Of a DNA stretch of 64,000 bases, positions 59,537 through 64,000 are shown in pieces. The DNA is from an uncultured virus (IMG/VR IMGVR_UViG_3300043774_001557) (Duplodnaviria; Heunggongvirae; Uroviricota; Caudoviricetes). Made by a program: the position numbers and the translations under genes. The notes under the pieces are model-generated. The model ran no database searches and was not told the DNA's origin. It worked only from the letters and a program-made list of their open reading frames with translations. The stretch lies in IMG/VR virus record IMGVR_UViG_3300043774_001557. One strand, 5' to 3'. The stretch's first letter is position 1. The number at the start of each line of letters is the position of its first letter.

Positions 59537-60343
59537 ATGCCAATCCCCATCAGAATCGCCCTGAGCGGCAGCGGATTTAGACTGCCAGCTCATGTCGGAG
59601 CGCTCAAAGCCGTGCTCGATGCTGATTATAAGCCCGTCGAAATATCCGCCACAAGCGGGGGCGCCATCGTCGCCAGCTTCTATGCAGCTGGCATTTCGCT
59701 GACCGACATGCAAGAGCTAGCGCTGACCATGGACTGGTCACCCATGATGCGTTTCTCGCCGTGGACGCTGCTCACCAAGCAGGCCTTGTGCGATGGCGAT
59801 GCGCTGCTCGATCTGCTGACCAAGCATACCGAGGGCAAGACGTTTGCGGCACTCGACGTCGATCTGAAGGTGATCGCGTCCGACCTGGCAACGGAAAAGG
59901 AGTTTGTCTTCAGTCGGGAGACAACGCCGGATGCGCCGATCGCTCTGGCGGCCCGGGCGTCGGCATCTATCCCGATCGTGTTCGCGCCGGTCACGTATGG
60001 CCAGGTGATTGCCGTAGACGGGGGGTGTGCGAACAACGTCCCCGCAAGCGTTCTGACGGTCGATAGCGTGCCGCGTCTCGGCATCTACCTGCAATCGGAC
60101 GATTCCCCGCTCAAGCCCGGCAAGTACGGACTGGCTACGCTGGCCCCGCGCATCATCGACCTGATGCTGGCATCGAACGAGGCCTCACACGTCGCGCTCG
60201 ATACGCACAACGGCGCGCACATCGTGCCGGTCTCAACTGGGTTCGCGGGCAGCTTTGACAAATCAATGCCGACGGCCACACGCCTGCGCCTGTTCAAGGA
60301 CGGCTATGCCGCAACGCAGGCCGCTCTTGCTACCTGGGGCTGA
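59537..60343 (+). CDS. Patatin-like phospholipase
   Basis: LSGSGFR...HVG.L, ATSGGA nucleophile, ASASIP, VDGG. Confidence 0.9.
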   Translation: MPIPIRIALSGSGFRLPAHVGALKAVLDADYKPVEISATSGGAIVASFYAAGISLTDMQELALTMDWSPMMRFSPWTLLTKQALCDGDALLDLLTKHTEGKTFAALDVDLKVIASDLATEKEFVFSRETTPDAPIALAARASASIPIVFAPVTYGQVIAVDGGCANNVPASVLTVDSVPRLGIYLQSDDSPLKPGKYGLATLAPRIIDLMLASNEASHVALDTHNGAHIVPVSTGFAGSFDKSMPTATRLRLFKDGYAATQAALATWG

Positions 60344-60540
60344 CTGCGGCCAAGAAGAAGCAACCCGAATACCCGCAATGCGGGGCTTGCGCCTATTTCT
60401 TCGCGGAAGACGGCAAGTGCCGGCGCCATCTTCCGGTAATCGTCGGTATCGACGCCGACTACCAACCTATTCAGGCATTCCCTGTGCGAGAGGCTGCATC
60501 AATCGCATGCGGTGAATTCCGCCATCGTCTCAATAGCTAA
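60340..60540 (+). CDS. 66-aa 4-Cys protein with apparent CTG start (not in ORF track)
   Basis: CGACAYF...KCRRH.P...FPV...ACGEF; fills the intergenic gap exactly. Confidence 0.55.
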   Translation: MTAAKKKQPEYPQCGACAYFFAEDGKCRRHLPVIVGIDADYQPIQAFPVREAASIACGEFRHRLNS

Positions 60541-60542
60541 CC

Positions 60543-61718
60543 ATGATCGACAGCCGACTGAAGCAATGGGCCACGCCGCGCGAAATCCAGATTCTGGAGG
60601 CGATCGAATCGGAGGGCAGTGAGCGGAGGGCGGCCAAGGCGCTCGGATTGGGCCATGGCACGATTTCCAATACCGTCGGGCGGCTGCGGAAGAGGGCGGC
60701 GCGGCAGGGGTATAGCCCGTCTCACGATATGCACCGCACCGTGCCCGATGGTTTTCTCGTCAAGGGCGTCAGCACGTACTATGACGAGGAAGGCAAACCG
60801 CGCGGGCAGTGGGTGAAATCCGCTGTTGATCGGGACCGCATGGAAGCGATCATGCGCGAGGCGTATGCGGCGATGGCAGAGACGCTGCCGCGCGTGAAGG
60901 CTGCGCCGGGGCCGATGAAGACAGATGCCGCCCTGTGCAACCTGTACACCTTCACCGATATGCACGTTGGCATGCTCGCATGGGGCAAGGAAACGGGCGG
61001 CGGCGACTGGGATCTGAAGATTGCCGAGCAGACGGTAACGGCCGCTTTTGCGCACATGGTCGATGCGGCCCCCAAAGCCGAAGTTGGTTTCATTGCACAA
61101 CTTGGCGATTGGATGCATTCGGATGGGAGTAATGGGCTCCAGCCGGTGACGCCCCTGCACCACAACGTCTTGGACCAGGACGGGCGCTATTCAAAGATCG
61201 TCGCGGCATCGATCCGCATCCTGCGGCGCATCGTGGATTTCGCATTGGAGCGACACAATCGCGTCGTCGTTCTGATGGCAGAAGGAAATCACGATTTGTC
61301 GTCAAGTGTCTGGCTTCGCGCCATGTTCCGCGCGCTGTACGAGAACGAGCCGCGCGTGACAGTGATCGACTCCGAGATGCCATACTACGTGTATCAGCAC
61401 GGCCAGACAATGCTGGCGTTCCATCACGGACATCTCAAGAAGAAAGACGACCTGCCGATCCTGTTCGCGTCGCAATTCCCCAAAGTGTGGGGAAACACCA
61501 CAAAGCGGTATGCTCACACCGGCCACATGCATCATGTGGACGAGAAAGAGCATAGCGGTATCACGGTGATCCAGCATCCAACGCTGTCGGCCCGCGACGC
61601 TTATGCAGCACGCGGAGGGTGGATCTCGGAGCGGGCAGCGACCGTAATCACGTACCACGAACGATTCGGCCAGGTGGCGCGCAATACGGTCGTGCCGGAG
61701 ATGTTCGAAGAGGTGTAA
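60543..61718 (+). CDS. HTH plus calcineurin-like metallophosphoesterase
   Basis: DMHVG, GDWMH, GNHD, HHGH, GHMH. Confidence 0.88.
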   Translation: MIDSRLKQWATPREIQILEAIESEGSERRAAKALGLGHGTISNTVGRLRKRAARQGYSPSHDMHRTVPDGFLVKGVSTYYDEEGKPRGQWVKSAVDRDRMEAIMREAYAAMAETLPRVKAAPGPMKTDAALCNLYTFTDMHVGMLAWGKETGGGDWDLKIAEQTVTAAFAHMVDAAPKAEVGFIAQLGDWMHSDGSNGLQPVTPLHHNVLDQDGRYSKIVAASIRILRRIVDFALERHNRVVVLMAEGNHDLSSSVWLRAMFRALYENEPRVTVIDSEMPYYVYQHGQTMLAFHHGHLKKKDDLPILFASQFPKVWGNTTKRYAHTGHMHHVDEKEHSGITVIQHPTLSARDAYAARGGWISERAATVITYHERFGQVARNTVVPEMFEEV

Positions 61719-61747
61719 TGTCGCCGCGCGGGCTGTACAATGCCCAG

Positions 61748-62038
61748 ATGGACATCAAAACAATCCGCGCGCGAAATACCCGACTGCTTGCGATAGAAAT
61801 GGGCGGCCTGCATGCGCTCGCCCGTCGGGCGGGCATGTCGCCGGCGTATCTCTCCCAGTGCACTAGTTTTCCCCCGATTCGGTCCGTGGGGGAGAGCGCG
61901 GCGCGCCGACTTGAGCGGTCAATGGGGAAACTCGATGGCTGGCTCGATGAGCCTCGCGAGGCGGAAGGCGAGATGCCGCTTGATCCAAGTCTTGATGAAA
62001 AATTCAAGAGCATTTGGGAGCGCATCACCAAATTGTGA
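61748..62038 (+). CDS. Second CI-like HTH protein
   Basis: MDI..IR..N.R.L...G....LA...G....YLSQC......R.VG...AR.LE...GK..GW.DE, like 23131 onward. Confidence 0.75.
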   Translation: MDIKTIRARNTRLLAIEMGGLHALARRAGMSPAYLSQCTSFPPIRSVGESAARRLERSMGKLDGWLDEPREAEGEMPLDPSLDEKFKSIWERITKL

Positions 62039-62329
62039 GGCGGCAATCTGTCGCTTAGTCCGCCACCCCAGTCGACCCGTCATGCGTCGGGCCGCGCCAT
62101 TCGTGATCTGCGGTGCCGATCTTGACTGGCCGGACCGAATACTTCATTGCCTCTAGTAGTTCTGTTTTCAGGATAGAAACAGCCTTGGTCTGCTCTAGGG
62201 CCAGTTGCAGGGCGGCTTGTTCAATCGATATCCCGAGGTTGACCATTTGGACTGCGCGATATGCTGCTGGATCGTCGCGCGCCAGCTTGGCGATCTCTTC
62301 CCATAGTTCGCCTTAATACATCATCCCTC

Positions 62330-62542
62330 CTAGCCCGCATTCTGCGGCGCGTCTTTGCCCACCACATCCGTCCGCATGCCGACTGGCGTGTATTCGTAAG
62401 CCAGCGCCTTGACTGCATCAACGAACTCGTTTGGCACGATGACGCGCATGTGACAAAAGCCAACGATCTCTTCATACATCCATGGGCAGCCCGATTCCAT
62501 GACTTTCCGGCCAAAGTCAGTGAGGTGTGTGGTGTTGTTCAT
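62330..62542 (-). CDS. Phage hypothetical protein
   Basis: GAGG SD, operon packing. Confidence 0.5.
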   Translation of the reverse strand: MNNTTHLTDFGRKVMESGCPWMYEEIVGFCHMRVIVPNEFVDAVKALAYEYTPVGMRTDVVGKDAPQNAG

Positions 62543-62550
62543 CCCGCCTC

Positions 62551-62892
62551 CTACCCAGCCGATCCCGGCTGCGTGTCCTCTACCTCATCCCCAAATCGAC
62601 TCGCGACATAGGCGCGCATGGCTGCAATGAGAATCGTTGGCCCGTCACCGTAGCAGCCATTTCCCATTGCGTTCCAGCCGTGATTGTCACGCCGAATTTC
62701 CAATCGCTCGCGCTCGATGATCGGGCCACCCTGCGTCCAGTCGGTTGATGGCGAATAGCGGTCGCTGGCTGCGTTTCCGGTATCCGCGCAAACCTCCCAA
62801 TCGATCGAGGATCGTTCAATCCACCACATGATCCCTGCCGCCCGCGCCACCCAGTAGTCCAGAAGCGCGCCCTGTAGATCGGCAACTTTCAT
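62551..62892 (-). CDS. NinX/DUF2591-like protein
   Basis: LDYWVARA...YSPSTDW.QGGPIIERE...GPT.LIAAMRAYV. Confidence 0.8.
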   Translation of the reverse strand: MKVADLQGALLDYWVARAAGIMWWIERSSIDWEVCADTGNAASDRYSPSTDWTQGGPIIERERLEIRRDNHGWNAMGNGCYGDGPTILIAAMRAYVASRFGDEVEDTQPGSAG

Positions 62893-63401
62893 CGTTTCCC
62901 CGCCTCCATCGCCTCGTCAATCATAGCCCGCAGATCCAGTCCGCGGCGCTCGCACTTGTACTCTTCGCCGAAATCATTCCGCTCACTGGTCATGATGACG
63001 CCAGAATCAAGGCGTCGGATGTCGGCCTCGGCACGCTCCAGTCTTTCTTCCGCCTCCCGCCGAAACTGATGCGGCGTCTTTCCTTGCTTGCGCTGCAGCG
63101 TGACAAGCAATTCTCCGACAGCCGGGTCATTGCTGGCTAGATGCACCTCAAGATAGTTCGTCGCGCCACTGTCCTTGAACTGTGCGGCGAATGCCTCAGC
63201 GAAAATCTGCGCTGCCGCTCCCTTCAGCCCAATATCCATGGAATTTTCGTGGATCTGGATGCCGGTCAGTAGGGGATTGGCGATGGCGTCCTCCGCGCAC
63301 TCCAGGCGCTCGATCAGCGCCAGCACGACGGTGGAATTGATGAGAGCCGAGAATTCCGCATCGGGCTGGCAGCCACAACTGCCCACAATCCGGCCCACCA
63401 A
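62889..63401 (-). CDS. Phage hypothetical protein (Ead-like), start uncertain
   Basis: DAEF.A..N..VVLALIERLE; DLRAMID.AM. Confidence 0.5.
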   Translation of the reverse strand: MVGRIVGSCGCQPDAEFSALINSTVVLALIERLECAEDAIANPLLTGIQIHENSMDIGLKGAAAQIFAEAFAAQFKDSGATNYLEVHLASNDPAVGELLVTLQRKQGKTPHQFRREAEERLERAEADIRRLDSGVIMTSERNDFGEEYKCERRGLDLRAMIDEAMEAGKR

Positions 63402-63563
63402 TAACTGCCGGCAGCGAACCGGTTGGCCGTCAAGAGCAGCCCTGTCGGCAAGCCAATGGCGGCACTGAAGAATAGTTGCTTGCTCATCGTCTCTCGGTGA
63501 TATCTGCGGTTTATCGGCTGGGGATGATTATTCGTTGCTGGTGGGCGGGGCATAAACGCGCCA

Positions 63564-63953
63564 TCAATCATCCACAGCCACATCCAGCGGGCAATGCCGG
63601 CCACTGCGTTTTGGCTCGCCGTCACGGATCTGAGGGCACAATGCGTGACAGCATTCGCCGTCTTGTCCGGCTGCGCAGCGCTTCAACGAAATCGGCGTTT
63701 CCGGTTTCCCACTCCCCGTCATCGCGGGCGGTTGCGCGAAGCCGCGCCATGCTGTCATCTTGTCGCGTGCGCTTTCCCACATGTTGAACGGCCCGAGCAC
63801 GCCCCTGTAGAAGAACCAGTCGTAGTGATCGGTATCCTCCAACTTCCTCCAGTGGACAACGATGCGACAGCGCGTTCGTTTCTCGCGGCCCTCATATTCG
63901 CCCGGGCGCACTGGGTTCTGGCCCATGCCAAACCATGGCGTCATCTCACTCAT
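63564..63953 (-). CDS. Phage hypothetical protein
   Basis: GGAGG SD; MTPWF...PVRPGEYE...WRG. Confidence 0.6.
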   Translation of the reverse strand: MSEMTPWFGMGQNPVRPGEYEGREKRTRCRIVVHWRKLEDTDHYDWFFYRGVLGPFNMWESARDKMTAWRGFAQPPAMTGSGKPETPISLKRCAAGQDGECCHALCPQIRDGEPKRSGRHCPLDVAVDD

Positions 63954-64000
63954 GCCCCACCTCCGGCGTTGCGGGCGGTTGGGTGCACTTGTACGCTTTG

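Noticed and set aside
59537..61718. Complete CBASS system
   Set aside because: No CD-NTase recognised in the window
62000..64000. attR
   Set aside because: No copy of the tRNA-Leu 3' end found; phage-type genes continue to the window edge

Overview
The first ~2 kb is host chromosome (3' part of an RND efflux permease gene, then tRNA-Leu(TAG)); GC content and gene style suggest a Burkholderiaceae/Ralstonia-like host (inference). From ~1983 to the window end is one apparently intact, >62 kb temperate myovirus-type prophage integrated at the tRNA-Leu; attR is not in the window. Layout: integrase and Xis; a long leftward early arm (Cro, DUF1376-type initiator, DnaB, dNMP kinase, HNH-AP2, NinB, Q-like regulator, 9-aa repeat protein, two DNA methyltransferases, acyl carrier protein, KTSC/ERF/YqaJ); a rightward CI-like gene and late promoter; an ncRNA/tRNA region; head, contractile tail and baseplate genes; SGNH lipoprotein morons; a lysis cassette; and patatin and metallophosphoesterase genes. 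Main observations: (1) two arrays of structured non-coding modules with shared junction sequences, each ending in a tRNA-like element; (2) an HNH gene sitting in the anticodon loop of a split tRNA-like gene; (3) a C5 methyltransferase split over two overlapping reading frames; (4) a nuclease-less mini-TnpB inside the baseplate operon; (5) a 14-bp palindromic operator at about 10 loci; (6) a duplicated three-way-junction RNA whose loop is complementary to the downstream Shine-Dalgarno. All family calls come from motif recognition by eye; no database searches were run.
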